Assembly (NCBI GenBank): GCA_018268355.1
Contig: JAFDWR010000001.1
Span: forward strand, 289,797-353,796
Reading direction: 5' to 3'
DNA from: Armatimonadota bacterium
GTDB lineage: Bacteria; Armatimonadota; Fimbriimonadia; Fimbriimonadales; Fimbriimonadaceae
DNA length: 64,000 nucleotides
The translations under genes and the position numbers were made by a program. Below the pieces are notes generated by a model, which saw nothing but the letters and a program-made list of their open reading frames with translations, was not told the origin of the DNA and searched no databases. This document shows, in pieces, positions 8,350 through 17,665 of the stretch (position 1 is the stretch's first letter; each line of letters opens with the position of its first letter).

Positions 8350-9252
8350 TTACTTCGCGCTGCGTCGTCGTCGGATGACGGCGATCGCGCCGAGGCCGAG
8401 AGCGCAGATGGTTGCAGGCTCCGGAACCGGGTAGTTGTTGAACTGACCGCAGCCGTAGAGCGAGTTCGCCACGAGGGTGCCATTGAAAGCACCGCCGTTG
8501 AAGACCACGTTTGCCTTCGTTGCGAGGATAGAACCCTGCCAACCGATCGAACCGAGGGTGAGCGAGGTGACATCCTTCATGTTGAAGAGGATGTCCTTCT
8601 GCGCCACGCCGTTCAGGTTGATGCCGAAGTTCTCGAGCTTCGCGTTCGCGCCGCGGGTGGAACCGTTGGTGACGTTCACGATGAACTTCACGTTCGAGAA
8701 ACCGTTGCGGTTGTAGCTGAGCGAGCTGAGCGACCAAAGGTCGTCGGTCGTCACGTTGAAGTAGTTGATGCCGTTGCCGCAAGCGGTGAGCGTCAGAGCG
8801 CTACCCGATCGCTGGCGAAGGCCAGTTTCGTTCTGACCAGCGTAACCGGCCGAAATCTGCGCGAGCTGGTTGAAAGCTGCGTTGAAGTCGATCTCGGTGC
8901 CGCGTCGAGCGGTTGCGCCCGGGGTCGAGTAGGAAACGCCGCTGATGTTCTTGGTGCCTGCGTAGAGCACGCTACCCTTGCCAACGTTGCCGTTCGTGAA
9001 CTGGATGTTGCCACCCGAAATGACGTCGTTTCGATTGGCGTTGGCGGTCAGGTTCGAAGCCTGTGCCATGCCCATGTTCGACAACTTGATGTTGCCGCCG
9101 GCCGCCGTGCGACCTTGGATGTCAGTGTTAAAGTAATCGAGTCCGCCCTTGAGGAACACATTGAACGGATTGGCTTGACCCAAGTCTTGAGCCGATGCCA
9201 CTCCACATGCCGCCAGAGCAATACCCGAAATAATGATCTTATTCCGGAACAT
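8350..9252 (-). CDS. PEP-CTERM sorting domain secreted protein
   Basis: Signal peptide MFRNKIIISGIALAACGVASAQ. Asn/Gly/Thr-rich beta-rich body. C-terminus PVPEPATICALGLGAIAVIRRRRSAK is the PEP motif, then a TM helix and an Arg cluster, the exosortase signal. Confidence 0.8.
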   Translation of the reverse strand: MFRNKIIISGIALAACGVASAQDLGQANPFNVFLKGGLDYFNTDIQGRTAAGGNIKLSNMGMAQASNLTANANRNDVISGGNIQFTNGNVGKGSVLYAGTKNISGVSYSTPGATARRGTEIDFNAAFNQLAQISAGYAGQNETGLRQRSGSALTLTACGNGINYFNVTTDDLWSLSSLSYNRNGFSNVKFIVNVTNGSTRGANAKLENFGINLNGVAQKDILFNMKDVTSLTLGSIGWQGSILATKANVVFNGGAFNGTLVANSLYGCGQFNNYPVPEPATICALGLGAIAVIRRRRSAK

Positions 9253-9342
9253 AATCTCCTCCGGGGTCTAATCTACCAACTCGCTCAAGGTCTTTGGGTT
9301 CAAAACCCTCGCAGGCGACTTGAAATCACGCAGATTTAACAG

Positions 9343-9368
9343 GTTCTTGCTCTCGGAGCCGCAAGAAC
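9343..9368. promoter_or_regulatory. perfect 8-bp inverted repeat (gttcttgc-N10-gcaagaac) in a divergent promoter region
   Basis: Lies between the PEP-CTERM gene start (9252, -) and the desaturase start (9465, +). No U-tract, so more likely an operator than a terminator. Coordinates approximate. Confidence 0.3.
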
Positions 9369-9464
9369 ACTGCAAAACCTCGGCCATTTTCTTCGTCTTT
9401 CTTTTCGAAAGTGCACCAAAACCTCTCGACAGGACGTTGGGAAGGGTGCATAGTGAGACGTCAC

Positions 9465-10622
9465 ATGGCAGAACGACTTATCCCAAACTACCGACGCGAG
9501 ATCCGCAAGGCACTCCCCGCTGAACTCTTCAAGCCCGAATACGGTTCCTTTCTTTGGCTTCCGTTCCACTTGACGGTCATCGGCCTTTGCCTTTGGGGCA
9601 TCGTCGCCTACCCCCGGTGGTTCACGCTGCCAATCTTCACTCTGATGATCGGGCACAGCTTTGGCTGTCTCGGCTTCCTGGCTCACGATTCCGCGCATGG
9701 TGGCGCAGTGAAAGCAATCTGGCTCAGGGACATCATCGCCGGCGTTTGTTTCTCGCCGATGGGGATTGGACCGTATTTGTGGCGACGATGGCACAACGCT
9801 GAACACCACAACAACACCCAGATTGAGGGCGTCGACCCTGATCACCTCTTCACCATCGAGGACTACCAAAAGAATCCCGTTCTCCGATGGCTGTATCGCA
9901 TTCCGCCGCTCATGCGCAACCTGATCGTCTTCGGATCGTTCACGTTCCGCATGACCCAGCAGACCTGGCGAATGATGATCACCTACCTGCGATCGCCCAA
10001 GTCGACCGCAATGAACAAGTTCACGATCTTGTTCCAGTGGTTCCTCCAGACCGGTTTCTGGGTCGCCCTCACGGCCAGCCTTGGCGTCAACGCGCTGATC
10101 TTTGGCTACATCATCCCGGTCCTGATCGCGAACGTCGTGGTCATCAGCTACATCGCCACCAATCACTTCCTCAATCCTCTCGCCGACGAGTCCGATGTCC
10201 TCGGAACCTCGCTCAGCGTGACCTTGCCGAAGTGGCTGGGCTGGCTTGACGCGATGCACATGCGCTTTGGCGCTCACGTCGCACACCACCTGTTCCCGCA
10301 GGCAAGCCCGATGCAGAGCCGAAAGATCGAAGAGAAGGTCGCCGAGATGTACCCCGACCGGTTCCACCAGATGCCGATTCACCTCGCGCTCAAGAAGTTG
10401 TGGGACACGCCGTGGGTCTACGAAGACCACCACACCCTCATCGATCCGAACCGTGGTGTCCGCGCAGGCACCCTCGGCTATGGCCTCGATAACCCGACGA
10501 AGCCGCGACGCACCGCCAACCGCGAGGTCAAGGACCGCGCCAAGGCGATTCGCAAGCAGAATCGGCGCATGAAGCGAGACGCTCGGCGACAAGCCAAGCT
10601 GAAGCAGACGGTCTCGAAGTAA
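9465..10622 (+). CDS. membrane fatty-acid desaturase
   Basis: Three histidine boxes: HDSAHG, HNAEHHNNT, HVAHHLFP. Several TM helices. I chose the internal start MAERLIPNY; the ORF frame is open from 9411. Highly basic C-terminal tail. Confidence 0.8.
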   Translation: MAERLIPNYRREIRKALPAELFKPEYGSFLWLPFHLTVIGLCLWGIVAYPRWFTLPIFTLMIGHSFGCLGFLAHDSAHGGAVKAIWLRDIIAGVCFSPMGIGPYLWRRWHNAEHHNNTQIEGVDPDHLFTIEDYQKNPVLRWLYRIPPLMRNLIVFGSFTFRMTQQTWRMMITYLRSPKSTAMNKFTILFQWFLQTGFWVALTASLGVNALIFGYIIPVLIANVVVISYIATNHFLNPLADESDVLGTSLSVTLPKWLGWLDAMHMRFGAHVAHHLFPQASPMQSRKIEEKVAEMYPDRFHQMPIHLALKKLWDTPWVYEDHHTLIDPNRGVRAGTLGYGLDNPTKPRRTANREVKDRAKAIRKQNRRMKRDARRQAKLKQTVSK

Positions 10623-10641
10623 GCGTCCGTCGCACAAAAGA

Positions 10642-10679
10642 ATCGGGGGCAGTCAACTTGACTGCCCCCGATTCTTTTT
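10642..10679. terminator. bidirectional intrinsic terminator
   Basis: atcgggggcagtcAACTTgactgcccccgat followed by tctttttg. Lies between convergent stops 10622 (+) and 10693 (-). Confidence 0.7.
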
Positions 10680-10692
10680 GCCTGCCCCGACC

Positions 10693-12105
10693 TTAGTGAT
10701 CGCGGTAGCGGCGAAGGGTGAAGCCTGCGCGCTGGGCGCCGGTGTAACCGGGAAGCCCCACGACGTCGCTGGGATCGAACGTCGGATCCTCTTGGGCGAG
10801 TGTCGGATCGTTCAGTCCATCGAGCGGAGCAAAGATCGACTCGCAGAGTCGGCCCCAGGTGCGGACCACCCACTCCGGTGCGTTGTTGAACTCGCCGAAC
10901 GAGGCGCGGACGCCTTGCTCAAAGTGCTGCACGTCAATCGGGTCAATCGCTTCTGGCTTGATGCCCTTTCGACCAAACGACTTGATCAGCCGGTCGAAGT
11001 CCTCAACCCAGAACTTGACGTCGTTCGCGCGGGCATCGAGCTCGGTCGAGCTGATCGGACCGCTGACGTCTTTGCCCTTGCCTCTTGCTCGACCCAGGAA
11101 GGTCCAGCCGCCGGTGGATTCCGCCACCTGGCTGCCCGATTGAATCCGAATCTTCTTGAAGGCATAGCCGATGAGGCCGTTGCCGCCTGCTCGCGACGAG
11201 GGTTCCGCCGCGTATTCCACGCTGACCGAGTTGCCGCTGCCATCGTCCCACTTCACGATGCGACCGAGGTCGTCGCGTGTCCAGGTCGCCGCTCGCGGGC
11301 GCATGACGTCGATGCGGCCATGGCGATAGGTTCCGAGTCGGTACATCCGGATAAACATGCCGCCCTTCACAAAGCTCCATCGTCCTGCGGGGACGTCCGA
11401 CTTGGGCGCCTCGCCTTGCGGCATCGCGATCCGCTCGAAGTCGTCGTAGTTGAGCCCGGTTCGGCCGAACATGCCACGCATCGTCGATTCCGCTTCAAGG
11501 GCGGCGCGGACCTCGCTTGGGAGACCAGCGAAGGCCTTGTCGAACATGTTCGACGGGATTTCCTCAAGGAACGAAGCCTCGAGTTTGACGATGTCTTCCG
11601 GCTTCAGCAGGGTCGCCGCAGTCACCTTGAGGGTGTTGTCGAGGTCCCGGAATTTAGCCTGCGAGAGGATCGCCCAGAGGAGGAGTTGGACGTTCTTTTG
11701 GGGGACGTCGGGGTGGGCGGGCGCATTGCGCAGGATCGACTGAAGGACGTCGGCGCGAAGGCCCTTGAACGGTCCATAGAGGAAGCCGTCACCGCCGAAA
11801 GGAGCACGGTGGCCGGCACGAAGGCAAAAGCTCTCGATGTCCATCGTGTAGACGCCAGGGGTGATCTTTCGTCGACCCTGGGTGTTCGCCGGGAGGGCGA
11901 AGAAGTCGTCCAAACGGTCCGGGTTATAGCGGTCAAGGAACCGAAGGGCCGGCATCGCATCTTTGATGCTGGTGCTGAGGGCCTCTCGCTTGAGAGCACC
12001 GTCCAGACCAGGAATCTTGATGCCACCCTTCAGAAGGTCGCCAAGTTGAGCCGAGGCGGCTGCCGTGACCACGGCAAGCCCAGCAAGAATCAGGAGGCTT
12101 CGCAT
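10693..12105 (-). CDS. secreted hypothetical protein (470 aa)
   Basis: Signal peptide MRSLLILAGLAVVTAAASAQ. Composition looks like a real protein, unlike the antisense 10678..12114 + ORF, which is Arg/Gly/Ala junk. No family recognised. Confidence 0.55.
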   Translation of the reverse strand: MRSLLILAGLAVVTAAASAQLGDLLKGGIKIPGLDGALKREALSTSIKDAMPALRFLDRYNPDRLDDFFALPANTQGRRKITPGVYTMDIESFCLRAGHRAPFGGDGFLYGPFKGLRADVLQSILRNAPAHPDVPQKNVQLLLWAILSQAKFRDLDNTLKVTAATLLKPEDIVKLEASFLEEIPSNMFDKAFAGLPSEVRAALEAESTMRGMFGRTGLNYDDFERIAMPQGEAPKSDVPAGRWSFVKGGMFIRMYRLGTYRHGRIDVMRPRAATWTRDDLGRIVKWDDGSGNSVSVEYAAEPSSRAGGNGLIGYAFKKIRIQSGSQVAESTGGWTFLGRARGKGKDVSGPISSTELDARANDVKFWVEDFDRLIKSFGRKGIKPEAIDPIDVQHFEQGVRASFGEFNNAPEWVVRTWGRLCESIFAPLDGLNDPTLAQEDPTFDPSDVVGLPGYTGAQRAGFTLRRYRDH

Positions 12106-12138
12106 ACACCGTAAGTATACGGGCGGGTTCGCCGGTCG

Positions 12139-12987
12139 CTACGAGAATCTTGTCAGCGGCCAGCCGCTTTGTCGGCGGTCGTTCCAATTCCGAACGTCGC
12201 CCGAATCACGGGCAGCCAGCAGGGCATCGAAATCAAGATCGGCAAAGGCAATCCCTTCCTGGTTCAGCGGCGTCTCGTCGAGAACTGCGGAATAGGGGAA
12301 CGGTGAGATCGACGGCGTTAGGATCGCGCTGGAGCCGTAGGTCGTTGGGACCGGCTCGCGGCCAAGGTCGCCGATCAAAGCTGCATGGGCAACGAAGACT
12401 TGGTTCTCGGTCGCCCGGGCTTGGCAGCAGAACCGGACGCGCTGGTGGCCGTGGCGAGTCTCGGTGAAGGCGGGGACGGCCTGGAGCAGCACCCCTTCTT
12501 CGGCAAGGGCGCGTCCGGACTCGGGGAATTCACTGTCGTAACAGATCGTCACCCCCACCCGGTGGTCCTGCAACCGGCTGAGGCCTTCGCCGCGGCGCAG
12601 GGTCCAAACCTCGCGCTCGTAGGTTGTGAGGTTGTTCTTGTAGCTAAAGATCAGCCGTCCATCGGGCGAGGCGATGCCGCAGGCGTTCACGATGCCTTCG
12701 TCGGTCTCGCGGAAGTGGCTCCCGCTCACGATGGTCAGTCCCGAGTTCGCGGAGATGCGCAGGAGCCATTCCTCTATGCCTTCGGCGTATTGGGCGAGGT
12801 ACTTCGGAACGTCTTGCTCGCGAAGGTCGGGCACTAGGTGGAGCAGCTCCAAAACTGGGAGCTCGGGGAAGATGATCCACTCGGCACCGCGCGCGTGGGC
12901 TTGCTCGACAAAGTCGTAATAGTGGGAAAAGAACTCGCTGTCCCTTCGGACGCGGCGTAGCTTCCAGGCAACGACGGCTACTTTCAT
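12139..12987 (-). CDS. carbon-nitrogen hydrolase (nitrilase/amidase superfamily)
   Basis: MKVAVVAWKL...FPEL...ICYDSEFPE... Has the Glu/Lys/Cys triad context typical of this superfamily. Confidence 0.75.
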   Translation of the reverse strand: MKVAVVAWKLRRVRRDSEFFSHYYDFVEQAHARGAEWIIFPELPVLELLHLVPDLREQDVPKYLAQYAEGIEEWLLRISANSGLTIVSGSHFRETDEGIVNACGIASPDGRLIFSYKNNLTTYEREVWTLRRGEGLSRLQDHRVGVTICYDSEFPESGRALAEEGVLLQAVPAFTETRHGHQRVRFCCQARATENQVFVAHAALIGDLGREPVPTTYGSSAILTPSISPFPYSAVLDETPLNQEGIAFADLDFDALLAARDSGDVRNWNDRRQSGWPLTRFS

Positions 12988-13595
12988 TCAGGTCTCCATT
13001 CAAGGATGGCGGCGGAGTTGCCCGACTCGGGGTCATCCATGAAGTCCATCGCCACGCCAAGGTACGTGAGGTTCATTTTGAGCAATGGGGTGAGGGTGGG
13101 GTCCGTCCGATTCCCGGCGACGACCTCGTCGGCATAGTACTCGGGCGGTCCGACGCCACTCGTGTGAAAGCCTGGCAACCGGCAGGTGGTCCCGTAGCGA
13201 GTCAGCCCCTTCTCGCGGACCAGATCGAATCTCGCTTGATACAAAGCCCGCGCGATGCCGCGGCCGCGAAACGCAGGGTCGACGCTGATGTCGAGGCCAT
13301 AGAGCGTTGTGCCAGTCGGATCAAAGGTCTCGATCATGAAGCCGCCCACGGTCTCTTCCCAAGGCGCATGGGCGCGCCACGCCTCCTCAGAGATGATGGT
13401 GTTGCTCGCGCTGCCGACAACCCGCCCCTCGACGGTGGCGACGAACTGACCCGCAGGAAAGACCGCGAGGTGGCGTTCAATGTGTTCGCGCTGCCAAAGC
13501 AGGCTCGGGTCAAAGGGGGGAGGGAAGCAGAGCGGTTGCAACGCAACGACTCCATCGACGTCGCCGAGCGACATCGTTCGCACCACCGGGGTCAC
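12984..13595 (-). CDS. GNAT family N-acetyltransferase
   Basis: VDPAFRGRGIARALYQARFD is the acetyl-CoA binding motif. ATGA overlaps with both neighbouring genes. Confidence 0.75.
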   Translation of the reverse strand: MTPVVRTMSLGDVDGVVALQPLCFPPPFDPSLLWQREHIERHLAVFPAGQFVATVEGRVVGSASNTIISEEAWRAHAPWEETVGGFMIETFDPTGTTLYGLDISVDPAFRGRGIARALYQARFDLVREKGLTRYGTTCRLPGFHTSGVGPPEYYADEVVAGNRTDPTLTPLLKMNLTYLGVAMDFMDDPESGNSAAILEWRPE

Positions 13596-14437
13596 CGATT
13601 GATGCCCATCCGGGAGATCACGCGCTCAAGGTCCTCGTCATCATAGAACTCGATCACCAGGCGACCCTTCTTGCCCTTTCGCTCGATTTCGACCGGGGCC
13701 GAGAGCCGTTCGCGGAGCGATTCAAGAACCACGAGGTCATAAGGCCGCCGAGCAGGGTTCACCGGCTTCTCGTCCTTCTTCGGCTTGCCACCGTTGATCT
13801 GCGTGACAGCACGCTCGACGTCGCGAACGCTCAGCTCCTTATCCAGGATCAGCTCAAAAAGGGCAAGCTGTTGGTCCACTTCGCGCAGTCCGAGCAGGGC
13901 GCGGGCGTGGCCCTCTTGAAGCATCCGGTCGTCCAGCGCTTGCAGGATCTTCGGCGGCAGCTTGAGAAGTCGCAGCAGGTTGGTCACGCTCACGCGGCTC
14001 CGACCGACCTTCGTCGCGACTTGGTCCTGCGTGAGGCCGAACTCCTCGACAAGGCGGCGGTAGGCGCGCGCGGTCTCGGCGGGGCCGATGTCCTCGCGCT
14101 GGAGGTTCTCGATGAGGGCGAGTTCGAGCGAAACCTGATGGCCCGCCGAGCGAACGATGACGGGGACCGACTTCAGCCCCGCTTGCTTGGCCGCGCGGTA
14201 GCGGCGCTCACCGGCAATGATCTCATACGCGCCATCGGTCATCGGGCGCACGACGATGGGCTGGAGGATGCCGACCTGCTTGATGCTTTCGGCAAGGCTC
14301 GTCAGCGCGTCGTCTTCAAAGACCGTTCTCGGCTGCTGACGGTTGGGCGAAACCGAAGTGATTTCCACCTCGATGATGCCGCTATCAAACTGCTCGCCAA
14401 CGAGCTCAGCGAATCCCTTTCCTAATGCCCTTCGCAC
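13592..14437 (-). CDS. parB: chromosome partitioning protein ParB (Spo0J)
   Basis: ParB box IIAGERRYRAA, plus the HTH region and LIENLQREDIGP. Confidence 0.9.
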   Translation of the reverse strand: MRRALGKGFAELVGEQFDSGIIEVEITSVSPNRQQPRTVFEDDALTSLAESIKQVGILQPIVVRPMTDGAYEIIAGERRYRAAKQAGLKSVPVIVRSAGHQVSLELALIENLQREDIGPAETARAYRRLVEEFGLTQDQVATKVGRSRVSVTNLLRLLKLPPKILQALDDRMLQEGHARALLGLREVDQQLALFELILDKELSVRDVERAVTQINGGKPKKDEKPVNPARRPYDLVVLESLRERLSAPVEIERKGKKGRLVIEFYDDEDLERVISRMGINR

Positions 14438-15207
14438 TCTTTCAAGACCTCCTCAGCAAACTCCAAATATGCCCCTGCACCCTTACTTGACGGAAAAAGT
14501 GAGACGGCTGCTTCACCAAAACTCGGTGACTCGCTCAATCGGACGTTTCGAGGGATCTTTACCTTGCTCACCTTTTCGCCAAAGTAGCCTTCGATCTCTT
14601 CTGTCACCTGCTGGGTGAGGCGATTTCGAGGGTCATGCATGGTGAGAAGGACTTTGCTGATCGAAAGGTTCGGATTAATGCGTCGTCGGACGACCTCGGT
14701 GGTCTTCAGGAGCTGGCTGAGGCCTTCCAGGGCATAGAACTCGCACTGCATCGGAACAAGAACGCCAGTCGCCGCGCTGAGGATGTTGATCGTCAGGAGG
14801 CCAAGGCTGGGCGGGGCGTCCATGATGATCCAGTCGTACTTCTCCTGCACCCCCTCGAGGGCTTCGCGCAGGATCACCTCTTTGCCAACCGCGCCGAGGA
14901 GGATCGGCTCGGCACCGGCGAGGTCGAGGGTCGCGGGGATGATGTGGAGGTTTTCCGTGACCTTGTGGATCGCGCGTTCGATGAGTCCGGGCTTGCCGGG
15001 GTCGTCCACCGCTTCTTGAATCAACTCGAACAACGTGAACTCAAGGCCCTGTTTATCGAGGCCAAGTCCGGTCGTCGCGTTGCCTTGGGGGTCACAGTCA
15101 ATCAACAGGACACGCTGACCCTTGATGGCCAGGGCGGCGGAAAGATTGACCGCGGTGGTCGTCTTGCCGACGCCACCCTTTTGATTGACGACTCCCCAAA
15201 TGGGCAT
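14422..15207 (-). CDS. parA: chromosome partitioning ATPase ParA (Soj)
   Basis: MPIWGVVNQKGGVGKTTTAVNLSAALA is the deviant Walker A; DCDPQGNAT follows. I chose the internal start (index 31); the ORF frame is open from 15297. Confidence 0.9.
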   Translation of the reverse strand: MPIWGVVNQKGGVGKTTTAVNLSAALAIKGQRVLLIDCDPQGNATTGLGLDKQGLEFTLFELIQEAVDDPGKPGLIERAIHKVTENLHIIPATLDLAGAEPILLGAVGKEVILREALEGVQEKYDWIIMDAPPSLGLLTINILSAATGVLVPMQCEFYALEGLSQLLKTTEVVRRRINPNLSISKVLLTMHDPRNRLTQQVTEEIEGYFGEKVSKVKIPRNVRLSESPSFGEAAVSLFPSSKGAGAYLEFAEEVLKECEGH

Positions 15208-15317
15208 AAGGCTTCTATTATGCTCCGCACGTCCCGGGGCGGAAGGGATGACGAAAACCCGGGCACCCCATAGCGGGAAGTGGGCCCGTGGCGTCACAAT
15301 ACGGCCTCACCTTTAAC

Positions 15318-16694
15318 ATGTCGACTGTCGCTGGGCTGATTCTTGCTGCCGGAAAGGGAACTCGGATGAAATCCGAACTTCCCAAGGTGCTCCATGAAGT
15401 TTGCGGCACCCCCATGGTGAGCCTCGCGCTCGAGGCGCTCAAGGAAGCTGGGCTGAGCCACGTCACCGTTGTCATTGGCCACGGCGGCGACAAGGTCCAG
15501 GAAGAACTCGGCGATGCGGTCAGCTTTGCCTGGCAGCACGAGCAAAAAGGAACCGGACACGCGGTCCGGATGGCCCAGGAAGCACTTCTCGGCCACTGCG
15601 ATCACGTCGTTGTCATTCCCGGCGACACCCCACTCCTCAGTGGTGAGGCGATTAGTCAGCTCCTGCAGGCGCATTTGGCCTCGGGGGCGGCGGCATCGGT
15701 GCTCACCTGCGAGGTGGCCGAACCAAAGGGATACGGACGCATCGTCCGAGAGGGCGGGGCGTTCGCCAGGATCGTCGAGGAGAAGGACGCAAGCCCCGAG
15801 GTGAAAGCGCTTAAAGAGGTCAACTCCGGCGTCTATGCCTTCCACACCGCCAAGCTCTTTGCCGCCCTCCCGAGGGTCGGTGCAGCGAACGCACAGGGTG
15901 AGGAGTACCTCACCGACGTTCTCGCCCTCCTGCTGCAGGATGGCGACCGGGTGGAAGCTCTGCCCTTTGACGATGCCGACATCCTCATGGGTGTGAACGA
16001 CCGTTGGTCGCTCGCTGAAGCCGACGCGCTTCTCAGGCGCAAGATCCTTCGGCGACTTGCCGATTCGGGGGTGACGATTGTCGACCCGAACAGCACCTAT
16101 ATCAGCCCCCAGGTCAAGATCGGCCCCGATACCATCATCGAGCCGCAGACCTACATCACCGGTCAAAGCGTGATCGGTCGAAACTGCCACATCGGTCCCT
16201 CCACGCGCATCAAGCGCTCGGTGATCGGGGATGGCACCTACGTCTATTTCAGTCACGTTGCCGATGCTGAGCTTGGCGATGGGGTCAAGGTCGGGCCGTT
16301 TGCCCACCTGCGCCCCGGATCGCAGCTTGGCGCAGGAACCAAGATCGGCAACTTCGTCGAGGTCAAGAACGCTCAACTCGGACCGAAGGTCAGTGCAAAT
16401 CACCTGAGTTACATCGGTGATGCGACGGTCGGAGCGGGCACGAATATCGGAGCGGGAACCATCACTTGCAACTACGATGGGTTCCAAAAGCACCGAACGA
16501 CGATCGGCGAAAACGTTTTCGTGGGATCCAACAGCACGTTGGTTGCTCCCGTCGAGCTCGGCAATGGCTCGTTTGTTGCTGCAGGGAGTGTGATCACGAA
16601 AAACGTTCAGGGCGATGCTCTCGCCTTTGGACGGGCTAGACAAGAGGTGAAAGAAGGATGGGCAGTCCAATGGCGGGCCAAATTCAAGAAATAA
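15318..16694 (+). CDS. glmU: bifunctional GlcNAc-1-P uridylyltransferase / GlcN-1-P acetyltransferase
   Basis: LILAAGKGTRMKS is the N-terminal nucleotidyltransferase motif; the C-terminal half is left-handed beta-helix hexapeptide repeats. Start MSTVAG; the ORF frame is open from GTG at 15288. Confidence 0.9.
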   Translation: MSTVAGLILAAGKGTRMKSELPKVLHEVCGTPMVSLALEALKEAGLSHVTVVIGHGGDKVQEELGDAVSFAWQHEQKGTGHAVRMAQEALLGHCDHVVVIPGDTPLLSGEAISQLLQAHLASGAAASVLTCEVAEPKGYGRIVREGGAFARIVEEKDASPEVKALKEVNSGVYAFHTAKLFAALPRVGAANAQGEEYLTDVLALLLQDGDRVEALPFDDADILMGVNDRWSLAEADALLRRKILRRLADSGVTIVDPNSTYISPQVKIGPDTIIEPQTYITGQSVIGRNCHIGPSTRIKRSVIGDGTYVYFSHVADAELGDGVKVGPFAHLRPGSQLGAGTKIGNFVEVKNAQLGPKVSANHLSYIGDATVGAGTNIGAGTITCNYDGFQKHRTTIGENVFVGSNSTLVAPVELGNGSFVAAGSVITKNVQGDALAFGRARQEVKEGWAVQWRAKFKK

Positions 16695-16720
16695 GCGGTC
16701 GAAATGGCGACCTCAGTGGC

Positions 16721-17665
16721 ATGAAGCTCTTTGCGGGCAAAGCGCACCAGGAGCTTGCGGCCAAGGTCGCGAAGTGCCTCGGTATTGAGCTGGGTCGCAT
16801 GACGAGCGAACGCTTTGCCGATGGCGAAGTGCGCATCATGGTCGACGAAAGCGCGCGTGGAAGCGATGTCTTCATCCTTCAACCGACGTGCGCTCCGGCC
16901 AACGAGACGACGATGGAGCTCTTCATCATCCTCGATGCCTTCCGCCGTGCCTCGGCAAGGCGGATCACCGTCGTCATGCCCTATTACGGCTATGCGCGTC
17001 AGGATAAGAAGATCAAGCCGCGCGAACCGATCACCGCTCGACTGGTCGCCGACATCCTCCAGAACTGCGGCGCGAGCCGCATTGTGGCGGTTGACCTCCA
17101 CGCCCAGCAGATTCAAGGCTTCTTCAACATCCCGGTCGACCACCTTTATGGCGGTCCGATCCTCGGCCGCTACTTTGTAAAGCAAGGCCTTGCCGATGAC
17201 CCCGATGTGGTCGTTGTCAGCCCGGATGTTGCTGGAGTTGGCCGTGCGAAGAGCCTCGCTGAGATGCTTCGTTGCCCGTTTGTCGTCATCGCCAAGCGTC
17301 GCCCCGCACCGAACCAGGTGGAAGTGGTCGAAATCGTCGGCGACTTCGTCGGCAAGAAGTGCGTGATGATCGACGACATGATTGACACCGGTGGCTCGAT
17401 TGTCAACGGTGCTCAGGCGCTCATCGATCGCGGCGCGAAGGAAGTCTTGGCCTGCTGCACCCACCCCGTGTTCTCGAAAGACGCCTCGGAGCGGCTGCAG
17501 AACTCCTGCCTCAGCGAAGTGGTCACTCTGGACACGATTCCGATCTCGGCGGAGAAGCGGTTCGAAAAGCTCACCGTGCTTGAGTCGGCCCCGCTGCTCG
17601 CCTCGGCGATTCGAAGGATCTACCTCAACGAGTCGGTGAGTGAACTCTTCAATGAGTGGAAGTAG
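16721..17665 (+). CDS. prs: ribose-phosphate pyrophosphokinase
   Basis: MKLFAGKAHQELAAKVA...; the PRPP-binding loop VMIDDMIDTGGS. Classic glmU-prs order. Confidence 0.9.
   Translation: MKLFAGKAHQELAAKVAKCLGIELGRMTSERFADGEVRIMVDESARGSDVFILQPTCAPANETTMELFIILDAFRRASARRITVVMPYYGYARQDKKIKPREPITARLVADILQNCGASRIVAVDLHAQQIQGFFNIPVDHLYGGPILGRYFVKQGLADDPDVVVVSPDVAGVGRAKSLAEMLRCPFVVIAKRRPAPNQVEVVEIVGDFVGKKCVMIDDMIDTGGSIVNGAQALIDRGAKEVLACCTHPVFSKDASERLQNSCLSEVVTLDTIPISAEKRFEKLTVLESAPLLASAIRRIYLNESVSELFNEWK

Noticed and set aside
9471-9479. Near-consensus DnaA box ttatcccaa
   Set aside because: A single one-mismatch occurrence inside the desaturase 5' region. No cluster, so not evidence for oriC.
10678-12114. 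478-aa plus-strand ORF
   Set aside because: Mirror of the minus-strand secreted protein 10693..12105. The minus frame has a signal peptide and a protein-like composition; the plus frame is Arg/Ala/Gly-rich.
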